NCBI RefSeq assembly: GCF_009914755.1
Contig: NC_060927.1
DNA from: the human T2T-CHM13v2.0 reference genome, Homo sapiens
Length of the DNA stretch: 64,000 nt
Reading direction: 5' to 3' (one strand)
Position numbers and translations under genes: made by a program. Below the pieces are notes generated by a model. It had not been told where the DNA came from, did no database searches, and saw only the letters and a program-made list of their open reading frames with translations. This document shows positions 27,515 to 45,167 of the stretch, piece after piece (the first letter of the stretch is position 1; every line of letters starts with the position of its first letter).

Positions 27515-29489
27515 ATATGCATTTTTCATTGGTTGAAAAGATGGCTCTTGTCAATTAAGTGAACGAAGGGAAAGAGCAATTGCATGGAAAATAAGACCTA
27601 CTAAGATGCTCTCCAAAACATGTCAAGTTGAATTTAGTTAACAGGTCTGAGATTTTCTTTCTGATTTCAGTGATGGCATGATGATACCCTCACCACCTGT
27701 CCTATTTTCAAGTTTAAGATTTACCATTAACTCTCTCACACAGGACAAATGACATAATATGCAGATGTTATCATCCCTGAGGTGGAGAGTTCATAAGGGC
27801 CCGCTCTGTTCTAAGTTGCTAAGAGTAAGGGCAGGACTCACCTGGACCCCAGGTTAAAATTGCTCTATGTAAAAACATGAACCATTTTTAAATAAGCAGA
27901 TAAAAACAATCTTAATAGGTCAATGTTTTTCAGCTACTAGGGGAATAACTCATTCTGGCAGACCCATCAGGATGCAGCCCAGCTTAAAACTGGATGATCC
28001 ATGTAGACCGTTGCCTGATGTCATTTTATGGATGAGACACTCAGCTGCGAACACCTGCTTTAAGATTTTCCAGGTTAAAGCTTTGTCTTCTATGCTATGT
28101 GCAGCAGAATTCTAAGGTTTTTAACCAAGTATGCATACACTTACTCAATATGATTCATGGATTTCCCATGGGTAGGGGAGCCCAGTGTCTAGTTGAGAGC
28201 AGGACTATAATTTCATCTTTTTGGTGTTTACATCCATTCTGAACACAAATTTTATGTTGTGTATGTTGCCAAACAAGACAAACAAGTAGATAAGTTTCTT
28301 TTAACCAACAACATAGAGTAAAAGCAGAACTACTGGACACTAGGGGCTTTATCTCATGACACTATGTAGATAATGTGATTAAGACACTTGTCTTGGCCTA
28401 GAAAATAAAAGAGACTATGATGATGTAAACATGAACTCACTCTTCATCCTTATTCTCCAAAATGTGTATTGTATTATTTTAGTTCATGTTATTACAAAGC
28501 AAACAACTCAGAAATATCTGACAAGTATGTAGCATGTAGAGTGTAATAACACTAGCTCTAAAGACAGAATGACACCTGCTAACCTGAGGAACTTATAAAT
28601 TATTTAGCTTGCCTACACACACCTCAGGTTTCCAACTATAAAACAAGGAGAACAACGTTGCATACATTTATTGGGTTGTGAAGATAACAAAATAACATAC
28701 ACAGAGGCAGAATAAATATTTGCTATTATTATAAAGTATCAGCTCAAACAAAAAGGTCTTTTATGGCTATGTTTAATAAAATGTCCTCAGAGTCTACCAG
28801 AATGGTCCATTTCATAACTATTTTTCTATATCCTTTGAAAAACAGTTTTTGTTTTCTCTGTTATACAAGATCTATCACTATATACCACACATTCATACTT
28901 TACCTAGTTGTAGGAAAAAGTTTGCCTCTTCTGATAATTGTATATACTTTCTATATCCAAGATGAAAAATTTATAAACCAACATGTTTCCATTTTGGTTT
29001 CAGCGATCAGGACACTTCCCAGCTGCTAGAATTAATGTCTCCCAGGTGCCTCAAATCCTTTTAAATAGTCTCCTTCTATTTTGATCTGTGCTTGTCCTAT
29101 TTTATATTAATTTCCTTCTGTAAGCCAACTCAGGTCTTTACAGAAGCCCTTGAGTATAAATCATAAAGAAATATCTAAGTATTATATAATAAAAATTAAT
29201 GTAATTTTTTGTGGCTTCTTATTGTGCCTGCTCTGGGGCCATTTCATTGCCAACTGACATCCTGCCACAAGGAAGACAAAGTAAAAGAAAAGAAATAAAA
29301 ATTAAATTAATCATTTTTAGAGGAGGTTCTGAGTCTTAAGTAAATCATACCACTGCAGTACAGAGTTTAAATCTGAATTATTTATGTACTCTTTTAGAAC
29401 ACTAATCTCTGTAGTCATCTCTGCTGAATCAAAAAAAATGGCAATTGTTTTTGATAAAGAGAAGAATGAAATCCACTTTTATTTATAAT

Positions 29490-29660
29490 AATCAGCTGGG
29501 AAACATGTTTCAAGTGCAAATTTCCAGGCCCCAGTCCTAAAAATTCTGATTCTGTAGTTAGGGAAGGGGTTTTGGATCTATTAAATATAAAGCACATATA
29601 AAAATAAGAAACAGATAAGTCAGACCAGTGATCTGAGGACCACACCTTTTGAAACTGCAG
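29490..29660. mobile_element. MER5-family hAT fragment
   Basis: 'tgcaaatttccaggcccc...ttctgattctgtag...gaggaccacac'. Confidence 0.6.
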
Positions 29661-30754
29661 AAAGCGGTAATTTATATATTATGCAAGAAAACCTTTTGAT
29701 GCACCTCAGCTTTCATTAAATTGTAAGCCTGGGTTGGCTGAAGTCATTTCAATCCAGACATTTACCAAAAGCCACTTGGCATTAATTGGTTTTCTATCAA
29801 ATACTCAGAATGAATAGCTGAATACTTTGTTATACAGTAATTCAAAAATATCTACACAGAAACTTTGCATTCACAGGAATATTGTGGGAACCTTAGCATG
29901 AAGCAAAAGAAGTATTTTAATGTTCTGGACCATAAGGCAATTTAATGATATATTTCTCAAAAAGCATGTTAAAGTACATTTCTTATTTTTATAATAATTT
30001 GTTATGATCATATGTAGTTACATAATCATTTAATAGCAAGATAATGAATCAAACTGAGCCTATCCTCCCAATAGCCCTTACCTAAGAAACAAGAATTGTC
30101 CTTTGCTGGGAGGCTAATGAAAATGAAATGAATTAAGTTTATAAAACACAGTAGGCTTTCAATAAATGGTAGCTATATTTCTTTAGTAGGAAAGAATTTA
30201 TATTCTGCTTTGTAAATATTTGAAACATTTAAAAAATACATGTGTTTTTTATATAAAGTCGAAACAAAACAAATTTTTTTAATCTTGCAGTTATAAAACA
30301 TAGAAGGAAATCTAAGAAAAATGGTCTCAGAAATACTAAGAAAAATCTCATACATTATTGTTGGTGAAAATGTAAATTGGTGTAACTTTGGAAAGTTTGA
30401 TAAATTTCTATGACTCTCCCTATAAAGGTCTATGTACAAAGATCTTCTCTGCAGTGCTATTTACAAAAGAAAAAGGCTGCAAACAACCTAAATGATTCTT
30501 GAAAGAATATGGTTTATCTGAAGCCCTGGTTTTTTTTTTTTTAATTATTATTATACTTTAAGTTTTAGGGTACATGTGCACAATGTGCAGGTTAGTTACA
30601 TATGTATACATGTGACATGCTGGTGCGCTGCACCCACTAACTCGTCATCTAGCATTAGGTATATCTCCCAATGCTATCCCTCCCCCCTCCCCCCACCCCA
30701 CAACACTCCCCAGAGTGTGATGTTCCCCTTCCTGTGTCCATGTGTTCTCATTGC

Positions 30755-34575
<3,821 letters not shown>

Positions 34576-34638
34576 TATGATGTTAGCTGGTTATTTTGCT
34601 CGTTAGTTGATGCAGTTTCTTCCTAGTCTCAGTGGTCT

Positions 34639-35643
34639 TTACATTTTGGCATGATTTTGCAGCAGCTGGTACCGGTTGTTCCTTTCCATGTCTAGTGCTT
34701 CCTTCAGGAGCTCTTTTAGGGCAGGCCTGGTGGTGACAAAATCTCTCAGCATTTGCTTGTCTGTAAAGGATTTTATTTCTCCTTCACTTATGAAGCTTAG
34801 TTTGGCTGGATATGAAATTCTGGGTTGAAAATTCTTTTAAGAATGTTGAATATTGGCCCCCACTCTCTTCTGGCTTGTAGAGTTTCTGCCGAGAGATCCA
34901 CAGTTAGTCTGATGGGCTTCCCTTTGAGGGTAACCCGACCTTTCTCTCTGGCTGCCCTTAACATTTTTTCCTCATTTCAACTTTGGTGACTCTGACAATT
35001 ATGTGTCTTGGAGTTGCTCTTCTCAAAGAGTATCTTTGTCGTGTTCTCTGTATTTCCTGAATCTGAATGTTGGCCTGCCTTGCTAGATTGGGGAAGTTCT
35101 CCTGGATAATATCCTGCAGAGTGTTTTCCAACTTGGTTCCATTCTCCCCGTCACTTTCAGGTATACCAATCAGACGTAGATTTGGTCTTTTCACATAGTC
35201 CCATATTTCTTGGAGGCTTTGTTCATTTCTATTTTTTTTTCTCTAAACTTCCCTTCTCGCTTCATTTCATTCATTTCATCTTCCATCGCTGATACCCTTT
35301 CTTCCAGTTGATCGCATCGGCTCCTGAGGCTTCTGAATTCTTCACGTAGTTCTCGAGCCTTGGCTTTCAGCTCCATCAGCTCCTTTAAGCACTTCTCTGT
35401 ATTGGTTATTCTAGTTATACATTCGTCTAAATTTTTTTCAAAGTTTTTAACTTCTTTGCCTTTGGTTTGAATTTCCTCCTGTAGCTCGTAGTTTGATCGT
35501 CTGAAGCCTTCTTCTCTCGACTCATCAAAGTCATTCTCCGTCCAGCTTTGTTCCATTGCTGGTGAGGAACTGCGATCCTTTGGAGGAGGAGAGGTGCTCT
35601 CCTTTTTAGAGTTTCCAGTTTTTCTGCTCTGTTTTTTCCCCAT
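34639..35643 (-). pseudogene. Disrupted L1 ORF1
   Basis: MGKKQSRKTGNSK... (35191-35643) and KRPNLRLIG... (34958-35194), separated by a frameshift. Confidence 0.95.
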
Positions 35644-35812
35644 CTTTGTGGTTTTATCTACTTTTGGTCTTTGATGATGGTGATGTACAGATGTTTTTTT
35701 TGGTGTGGATGTCCTTTCTGTTCGTTAGTTTTCCTTCTAACAGACAGGACTCTCAGCTGCAGGTCTGTTGGAGTTTGCTAGAGGTCCACTCCAGACCCTG
35801 TTTGCCTGGAAG

Positions 35813-36000
35813 CCCTGGTTTTCAAGCTTCACCGTGCATCAAAACCACCTGGAGGTCTTGTTAAAATACCTGTGGCCCTGCCCCACCCAGGAGGGTCTGA
35901 AGCAACAAGTCTGAGATGGGGCCTGAAAATCTGCATTTGTAATAAATTCCCCAGTGAAGCTGATGCTGCTAGTCTGGAGAACCACATTGAAATCTAACTG
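35813..36000. mobile_element. MER5A hAT DNA transposon
   Basis: 'gtgcatcaaaaccacctggagg...ggggcctgaaaatctgcattt...gctgatgctgct...gaaccacattg'. Confidence 0.88.
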
Positions 36001-37981
36001 GTTTATGCCATAGATTATTACACATATGTGTAAAAAGTTAGAGCCAGATGCCCTAAAACAGAATAATCTCCAAAACTGTAAGGTGCTGAGCACTCTTCTT
36101 TGTATTACTACTGTAAAATGTCCTATACTTACATAGGCTTGAACAGGCATATAGCAATTGCTGCTTGGAGACTTAGGAAATGGGGTGGGAAGACATCCTC
36201 TTTATTGTATAACTTTAATGTTTTACATGTGTATATATTATTTTTAAATGAGCTATCTACTGAAAAAAAATAAAAAAGCAATTTAAGAATATTCATGTTT
36301 AGTTAGTTACTTTTAAACTGCTTTACAAAACCCCTATCATCTTCCTAGGCCAGGAGCATCTGACTCCAAATTTATTGCAGTAGAATGAAATGTGAAATCT
36401 AGGGAATCCTAAAGACAGCTCTCTGTATATATTTTTTGGCAACACATTAGGATTATGTTGCATTAATGATCTCAACAGGAGGGGAATAGATATGAAAAAT
36501 GATGTGTTTATTTTGGAGCAGCAAAGTACAATGTTAAAATATTAACAATGTCAGCATGGAGGAATGGATGAAAACACAAAAAGATCATCTGTTCATTTAC
36601 CATTAGGAGGTATGTGCTGGTGAAAGTACCCGACATTCGCACAGGTGGCAGGTGTGGAAAGCAAACTGCCTAAAACAAAACAGTTGGATTGTTGAACATT
36701 TCTTTAAATAGGAAGCCAATGACTGGTATGAAACTTCACTGTAGCTGATTCATATTTTCAATAAAAAATTGCTGTGATTTTTCCTTGTTATGACTTAGCT
36801 CAAAACTTTTTTGGCACATGAAAATGTGCTGCTCATTTCATGTAGCACAGAGTTTGAAATGTTCTTTTTATGTTGAAAGATCAAATTACTGAGATTACAC
36901 TCAAAGGCAAAATAAAATCTATTTACTAATAAGTTTTTTTTATGTACACTCCACATACTATAAAAATAAAGCAAATGAAATAATTCAAACGGCCAATAAA
37001 CACAAAATTCTAAAAGTTCTTTCACAAATATGCAACAGTCTGTTAATGGTCAAATTTATTTTAAGATTATTAAAATGTCATATTTTATAAAGTTCTATGA
37101 AAAAACAAAATTCAGATTCCCATTAATGGTCTATTTTGTTTTAATATTATTAACACCTGATATTTTGTAGAATCCTTTGATAAACAAGATTATAAAATTG
37201 TCTTTGTTGGAAAAAAAGAAATCACCATTTAGTGTAAGAGCAATGAAAAAGTGTTTTGATTGTTTGCAAAAGTCTAATTTACTCCTAATGGGAAACAGTT
37301 TTCAGCAAATAACTTGCCATCAAAAAATGATAAAATTTTAGAGGTCATGTATGCATAGGGGTTAACAGCCACTGATTTACAAGTAACTGGTCAAAACTTT
37401 TTATACTTTATCATCAACTATGTGCCTAAGGAAAATTACCTAAACTCTTTGAGACTTAATAATCTCATCTGTAGAATAGATATTATATAATAATATCATT
37501 GACCTCAGCCAGGTTGAACAAGAGCCGCCCCCCAAAAAATAAACCCAATATTCAAATATAAAATGTTATTTGTAGTATAGCGGAGAGGAGACGCTATGGA
37601 GTCATTTCTACTACACTTTCAAAATAAACCAGTGAAAAGGGTTTACTGTGATTCATCACGTGTGCCACATGCATACTCACTATTAAAATATTTTAAATTC
37701 AGCATCTATAAATGAAGTCAGAGAGAATATAAAATCCATTAAATTTTTAACACCTTTCCTTAAGAAAAAAAATGTTGCATGGCTCAGAGGAGAGATAAAT
37801 TAATACAGGACAACAAACAAATTGAAAGGATCTAAGAAATTTTAAATGAAACACAACCACACCTGACATCAAGATCAGAACAAGAGTTCTACATGCCCCA
37901 TGAAGAGAATTCTGTTATAAATAGCACCACCCACACCCACATCCACCAAGGCATCTTCTGTAGTCTCTGATGAGTTTACCC

Positions 37982-38111
37982 TGGCTTGACCATACAATTT
38001 ATCATGTATACTAAGACACCTTTGAAAATAAAAATAAGACTAGGCATGAAGCAGGGTAAATAGGTGAAAACTAAGAGTGTTCCAGACAAATGGAGACAAA
38101 CTGTCACCCTC
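37982..38111. mobile_element. MER94-like hAT MITE
   Basis: 'tgaccatacaatttatc...gacacctttga...gtcaccct'. Confidence 0.6.
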
Positions 38112-38322
38112 AGTCAATCTATCAGCAAAAGTAATTCTATAGAGACTGAAGAAGGGAATAGCTGGCAATTTGATGAGGTCTAGGAAGAGGTCTAGGAACA
38201 CAGCTCTCTGCTGAAGAAATATCTGGAATTACCAATTGAAAATCAAAAAACTTATAAAGTCATTAATAATAAAAGTAGTTTATCTTTTTCAGGACTTACA
38301 ATATACCTGGGGCTAATGGTTT

Positions 38323-38598
38323 CAGGAGTTGGCAAACTACAGCTGGAGGGCCAGATCCAGGCTGCCACATGTTTTTGTCTGGTCTGAGAGCTAAAAATGG
38401 CTTGTATATTTTAAGTTGCTGGAAAAAAAATCAAAGGAATAACTTTTCATGACATGTGAAAATTATATGAAACAAAAATTTCAGTGCCCATGAGTATAGT
38501 TTTATTGGAACACAAGCCACCCCCATTTGTCTACATACTGTGGCTTCCATAGTACAAAGGCAGAACTCAGTAGCTACGAGACCATATGGCCCACAAAG
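38323..38598. mobile_element. MER58B hAT DNA transposon (partial)
   Basis: 'caggagttggcaaactac...gttttattggaacaca...gagaccatatggcccacaaag'. Confidence 0.85.
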
Positions 38599-38599
38599 G

Positions 38600-38870
38600 A
38601 GTCAGACTCTAAAAGCTATGTACTGTATGATTTTATTTATATGACCTTCTGGAAATAACAGAACTACAGAGATGGAGAAGAGATCAGAGGTTATTAAAGG
38701 TAAGGGATAGGAGAGGTTTCACTACAAAGGAACAGCAGGAGAAAACATTATGGGATGATGGAACTATTCTGTAGCTTGATTTTGTCACTGGTATATTTGT
38801 CAACACTCATAGATCTATACACTAAATGGTGTGAATGTTTACATATATAATTAAGAAAACAAAAACAAAA
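38600..38870 (+). mobile_element. L1M 3' end
   Basis: 'tactgtatgattttatttatatga...gatggaactattctgt'. Confidence 0.75.
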
Positions 38871-39999
38871 ACTGGTCTGTTCGGTTCCAAAGCCCATAGC
38901 CCTAGAGACTCAACAGAAACATAGTTTTCTTTCCATGTATGTTCTCTTCCAGCTGGAAGTTGCAGACCAACTGCAGATTCTTAGTCTCAATTTAGGCATC
39001 CCTAAATACTAGAGCTATATTTTTATTCAATGAAAGACTGCTAGAATTACCTGCTTCATGTGAAGTTTGGCTGTCTTGACTTTACTGACTGAGTGTTCCA
39101 CATATATTCCAGACTGACTGGACTCCTCAGGGGTCAGTCCCTGAATCCTCTTATCTCTGCCTTGTATCAAGGTGTTTGTGATAATTTTCCTCTATGGAGC
39201 TTTCTCTCTTTTCCCCATGTTGCCTCTTCCTACATGTTTTTCAAGACCCAGAGGGACCTCACTATCATCCTTCACTCACTCTTCCTCATGCCAAATCAAT
39301 CTATCGCCAACCTCTGTCACTTCTTCCTCTGCGTATTTCCTGATCCTTTCCTCTTCATCTCCAAGCTAAGATCCTTATCAAGGCCACCATCATGAATTCA
39401 TTCTATTAATAGCAAAGAGCCCAGACAATCTTCCAAGTGCAAAGCTCACGCTCCTACTGACCTGCTTAATTTATGCCCAATGGCTTTCTACTGACTTCTG
39501 AAGGGGTGCAAGATCTCTGACCAGCCTATCTTCGAAGTCTCAGGTCTCTCCACTAATCTCTGTAAATTCTAGGGTTCAAACATTAAACTTCTTTCAGAAC
39601 TCTGCATGTCCTATGCTTGCTGAGTTTCCTATCACTAAGGCTTTGTACATGCTGTGCCCTCTGCTGAAACTCTTTTCCTCTACCTTTTTATTTTCCTCCT
39701 CACCTCCTACTCACCCAGTAGTTATCAGTTAAAATCTGTCTTTAACCTTTAAGGTAGTGTGCCCAAATACCCACAAACAAGGGTATGCCTTTTATTATTC
39801 TCCCATAACACCTTTAATTCACTTTCATAAACTCGGGCTATTATACTTTTCTGGAGCACTTCAAAACATTCTAACAACAGCTTGTTATTTTACTGTAAAT
39901 ACTTCAGAATTATTTATAACATCTGTAACTTTTTTCAGTTAACATAATAGTTTACCTTTATTGCACACAGTGGTTTCAAATATTTTCTCCAAGTCTTAC

Positions 40000-41262
40000 T
40001 GTACAATTGCTCCAGAACCATTTGTTGAAAAGGGTACCCTTCCTCCAATGAAATGTCTCTGCATCTTTGTCAAAAAATTAGTTGAGAATATATGTGTGGG
40101 TCTACTTTCAGATTCTCTATTTTGTTCCTTGATCCATGTGTCTTCTCTACCAACACAACACAGTCTTGATAACTGTAGCTAAATAGTAATCCTTAATATC
40201 TGCTCAAGTGATTCTTCACATTTTGATCTTCTTTGTTGAGATTGCTTTACCTTACAGTCTGAGCCTTTCTATATAAATTTTAGAATAAGTTTTTTATATC
40301 CAATAACAAATCAAAACTAACTAGCAAACAAAAAGACCTCCCTGGGATTTTGATAGGAACTGTATTAAAACTACATATCAATTTGAGGAGAATTAACATA
40401 TTTACTGTATTGAATATTTTAATCTATGAACATGGTATGTCTCTCCATTTATTATATTTAAGTCTTCTTTGATTTCTTTTGTCAGCTTTATACAATGTTC
40501 AGCATAAAGATCCTGTACATGTTTGGTTAAGTGTATACCTATGTATTTAATTTCCTTAAAGAAATTTGTAATTGATATTGTGTTGGTAACTTTGGTTTCC
40601 ATCAGTTCATTATCATATTAAAATACCACTGGTTTTTGTGTGCTGATCTTGTATCCTGTGACCTTGCTGAATTCACTTAGTTTTAGGATACTTTTGTAGA
40701 TTCCTTGGGATTTTACAGTTATCCTCTAAAAGTAGAGATAATTTTTACAGTTACCATCTAAAAGTAGAGATAGTTTTATTTCTTATTTTCATATATATAT
40801 ATATATATATATATATGCCTTTCATTTCTTTCTTTTTTTTTTGCCTTATTGCAGTGCCTAGAATTTCCAGTACTATCTTGAAGAAGAGAAGTGAATATGG
40901 ATATCTCTGCCTTATTTCCAGTCTTATTAGGAAACCATTCAGTTTCCTACCATTAAATATTATGTTAGCTGTAGGATTTTTGAAGATGCTTTTTATGAAG
41001 TTAAAATAATTACCTTGAATTCCTCTGATTTCATGAGAAATGTTATCATGTATAGGTATTGAATTTTATCAAAGGCTTTTTACTGTGCCAATCGACATGA
41101 TCATACAATTACTTTTCTTTCCCTCGCTGATATGATGTGTTATATTGACTGAATTTTCAAATGTTAGACCAAACTTGCATTCTTGGGATAAACCCTATTT
41201 GAACAATTTGGTCATGATGTATAAATCTTTTAATATTTTGTAGAATTTAAGTTGCTAATATT
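40000..41262 (-). mobile_element. L1M (L1MB-like) ORF2 fragment
   Basis: ORF 40402-40602 (IKYIGIHLTKHVQDLY) is L1 RT; contains a 32-bp tandem duplication (40711-40772) and (AT)n at 40791-40816. Confidence 0.85.
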
Positions 41263-41558
41263 TTAAAAATCTGTAGCAGTTTTGCACTCCTCCTCCTCTT
41301 CCTTTGTTCATGCCATTTATCTATTGCAGAAAATCAGTCATTTGTGCTGTTAAATTAATTGCAATATAAAATAGGTTAATTGCATCTCTGTAATGTCTTT
41401 TAACTTGTTCTTCTATCCCCTAAATTGGTAATTAGACCTAGAGGCTTGATTAGAGTCAAATTATTATTTACTGATTGATTTATATTAAGGATCAATAATA
41501 GTTGGTGCTACATACTTTCTAGGGCATCAAATCAAGAGGCATCTAAATTTGGATGTCC
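41256..41558 (+). repeat. Local duplication segment A, copy 1 (L1MC-like sequence)
   Basis: About 90% identical by hand alignment to 44672-44980. Confidence 0.93.
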
Positions 41559-41912
41559 TTCTTTTGGCAATGTTAAAATTGATAAGTAGGTTCATGCATT
41601 TGTTTCCCAAACTAGATCCATTGACATCATTAGTAAAATCTGCAATTTTATTTCAATCCTTTTGTATCTACTTTGCATCATATTGTTAGATAGTTACAGT
41701 ATCAGACAATAACTAAAATGGTTTGACAAAAAATTGAGGAACTGGAATGATAGACACTAGTGTTAAATAAGTAGGATATTTCAATGGGATGATTTTATAA
41801 GTGGTCAGTTTATTAATGAATATTTTCTTGTCAAGACCACTTATGTTTCTCAATTCTTCAACATAACTACAAGCAATACTGACCACATGGATATTAAGCA
41901 AACTATGCCTCC

Positions 41913-42310
41913 TGATATGGTTTGGATCTGTGTCCCCACCCAAATCTCATGTTGACTTGTAATCCCATTGGGGATTGGAGGTGGGGCCTGGTGGGAGTTG
42001 ACTATATTATGAGGATCGATCCCTCATGAATAGTTTAGCACCATCTCTTTGGTGCTGTTCTCATGACAGAGTTCTTAGATCTAGTTGTTTAAACATGTGG
42101 GGAACATCCCCTCTCACTCTCTCTTCATCCTGCTCCAGCTACTTAAGATGTGCCTGTTTCCCCTTCACTTTCCGCCATGATTGTAAGTTTCCTGAGGCCT
42201 CCTCAGAAGCTGCTATGCTTCCTGTACAGCCCACAGAACCATAAGCCAATTAAACATCTTTTCTTTATAAATTACTGTCTCAGGTATTTCCTTATAGCAA
42301 TGTGAAATAA
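41913..42310 (+). mobile_element. MSTA-like MaLR solo LTR
   Basis: 'tgatatggtttggatctgtgtccccacccaaatctcatg...gccatgattgtaagtttcctgaggcctc'. Confidence 0.9.
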
Positions 42311-43840
42311 GGCTCAAATTCCATACAAAGACATAGAAGACCTAATGTCATTTAATCTTAATCTACTCTCCTTTGTGCAAAATTTACTCAAATAAAACTA
42401 CTCCCTAGTATCCATAGGAACTTTCATGTCTATGCCTTTGTTTTAAAATGGGCTACTGCCTAGAATACCACTCCAAAAATCTAAAGCAGTGTCAATATTC
42501 AAAGTTTTTAATGGCCTGTGTAACATGGGCACCAACAAATTAGACTGAATATCAGCCAGTAAATCCCACTGATGGATGCCAACCAGTCCTGCTCCGTAGC
42601 CCCACTGTTCTTTAGGAAGCTACTTACTAGGCCACTTCCTCCATAATATATTGATTGACTCCCCCCAGACTCCTGTTGTCCTCTATTGATATTAAAGTAA
42701 GGATCACATCATTTCCTTTTCAATGGTTATATCCTATGTTATTTCCCCTTCTAGTTTGTAAACTTCCTGAGGTTATAAGCTCTCTGATTCACCTTTGATC
42801 CCCTTATTCTCCTTAGGATAAAGCCTGTCCTCACATTATTTAAAGACCTACATGTTTTTGAAATGCAGAAACAATCAGCATCTCTAATCTGAAACTTTTC
42901 ATATTCTTCCATGCCCTGTTAATCTCTTCCTACTCTGTGCTTCCACAATTTCTTCAAATTCTTCCTTGTAGATCCATGTGTCATTCCCGATAAACTATGG
43001 GTCGATTAAGGGCAAGAAGCATGTCTTTATGTCCCTCACATTTAGCATAGTTACTGGCACTTAGAACTTGCTCATTAAAGGATTATTAATTTAAATAACA
43101 CAACATCAAACTGAGCTCAGTAATCTAATCGTTGGTTCAATGAAGATCTGTAACAACACTGAGCCATTAAGCGTTTGCTTTCTACAGTGTCTAGACTTTG
43201 CTAATTTGTATGTTGTGTATGTCTCTTTTCTGAAGTAAGTGTGGAAACCTTATGAGTTTTTGGCATGTCTTTTTGTCTCTCCCATAGAGTTTAGTATCTA
43301 TGAATATCTGAAAATGGCTGATAGATAACTTCAATACGAATAGACATGAATTTCTGTTAGTAAAAGTGAAAGAAGATTAAAAGCTGGGTATGTAAGTAAC
43401 AGAATTCCTAGCAGCTAGGAGAGAGAGTGAAGTACACCTATCCCTGCCTCCTGCTGTTAGAATCCATGGTTCTTTCTCTCATTATGATGCCGACCCCCTT
43501 CGTGAATGCCACTATGAGGAACTAATTGGTTTTCTGGATTCTGGATTTCCTACACAAGATGTCAAATGAGTTTGCACCTCATGCAGACATATCTCACAGC
43601 AGGGACAAGACTATCTTAGAAACCTTACATGTTTCCAGTTTAACACTGTTCTACCTGGTTTCTTGGTCAATCATTTAAGGAAACCTGAAAAACATGTTTT
43701 CTGTTATTGTTGTTTTGTTCCCAGGTCAACGTCTCCTGGAGAGTCGGCATGTCTTATTCAAACCCTTCACTTCCTCTCTAATGAAATGACGCTGTTGTCT
43801 AAAGTCTTCCGTGTTGTCCACCAGCAGCTTTAAATCAATT

Positions 43841-44028
43841 CATATTACACAATTGTTGAATTTAAAAACAAAATCCACAGGGAAAATAAATGGTGGTTAG
43901 TAGCCAAGAGCATATGTATCTGTTTTTACTGTTTCTATTATATTTAATGCAGTTGAAATTTGTAAACAGGCATTCCTCAGGAACCCTTTGACAATGTCAG
44001 TTGCCTACTAAACTTAGCTGGGCCTTAA
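43841..44028 (+). repeat. Local duplication segment B, copy 1
   Basis: Gapless match, about 80% by hand count, to 44980-45167. Confidence 0.9.
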
Positions 44029-44671
44029 ATGCTCTCCATAGTACTTTTTCAACAGAGTCAAAAATCTATGCAGTAGTTAAAGCATGAACTTTAGAAGGAA
44101 AAATAGTAGGCTTTCAATACAGCTCCCCTCCTACAATCTGTGTTACCTCATAGAGTTGTTATAAGGATACAATGAGATAACTATATAAAAGCTTTCATTA
44201 GTACTGTGCTTGGTCCATAATAATTGCTCAAGTATAATTTATAGTTACAATAGCTCAAAAATACATATGCAAAAAATCATAAAATCTACATTTATTAAGC
44301 AGCCCCCATAATTCTCAACTGAATGTATCATCTGTTACTCCCTGAATAAACTTGGTTATAGAACCCAAGCTAATATATTCTGATTTCTTTTTTGTTGAAA
44401 TACTTGATGGTATATACAGATACAAAAGCAGAAATGTATAATGACAGTGGTCTGGCATGAGATGGGCAGAAGGATTTAAAGGAAAGAATGTCAGTGGAAG
44501 GATATGCTTACAGCTTAAAATCCAGCTGCCAAGCCCCAGAGTGCTTACATCCCGGTCCAGAGGACATTAGTCACAAATATTTAATTAGGAGCTACTAAAT
44601 CCAGTAGGTGGCATCTGAAAAGTGACTACACAGAAAAAAAATCCATATTATATAGTTATGAGTTTGTGGCA

Positions 44672-45167
44672 TAATATTTTAAAAATCTGTAGCAGTTTTG
44701 CACTCCTTCTCCTCCTCCTCCTTTGCTCATGCCATTTATCTATTGCAGAAAATCAGTCATTTGTGCTGTTAAATTAATTACAATATAAAATAGGTTAATG
44801 GCATCTCTTTTTAAAATGTCTTTAACTTGTACTTCTATCCCCTAAATGGGCAGTTAGACCTAGAGGTTTAATTAGAGTCAAGTTATTATTCATTAATTGA
44901 TTTATATTAACAATCATTCATAGTTGGTGCTACACACTTTCTATGGCATCAAATCAAGAGGCACCTAAATTTGGATGTCCACATGACACAACTGTTGAAT
45001 TTGAAAACAAAATCCACAGGGAAAAGTCATGGTGATTTCTAGCCAAGAGTATATGTACCTTGTTTTATTATTTCTATTACCATTGATCCTGTTCAAATTT
45101 GTAAATAAACATTCCCTAAGAACCTTCTGACAATGTCAGTTTCCTATTAAAACTAACTGGATCTTAA
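44672..45167 (+). repeat. Fused second copies of segments A and B
   Basis: A2 (44672-44980) directly abuts B2 (44980-45167) at 'ggatgtcc|acatgacac'. Confidence 0.92.

Noticed and set aside
40711-40772. Short direct repeats (32 bp here; 27 bp at 47074; 12-14 bp near 38175 and 60752) as array-like or CRISPR structures
   Set aside because: Two-copy slippage duplications with no spacers, in eukaryotic DNA
43695-43730. Strong plus-strand acceptor (ttgttttgttcccag|G) suggesting an antisense transcript
   Set aside because: Isolated motif with no supporting ORF, promoter or convincing partner donor
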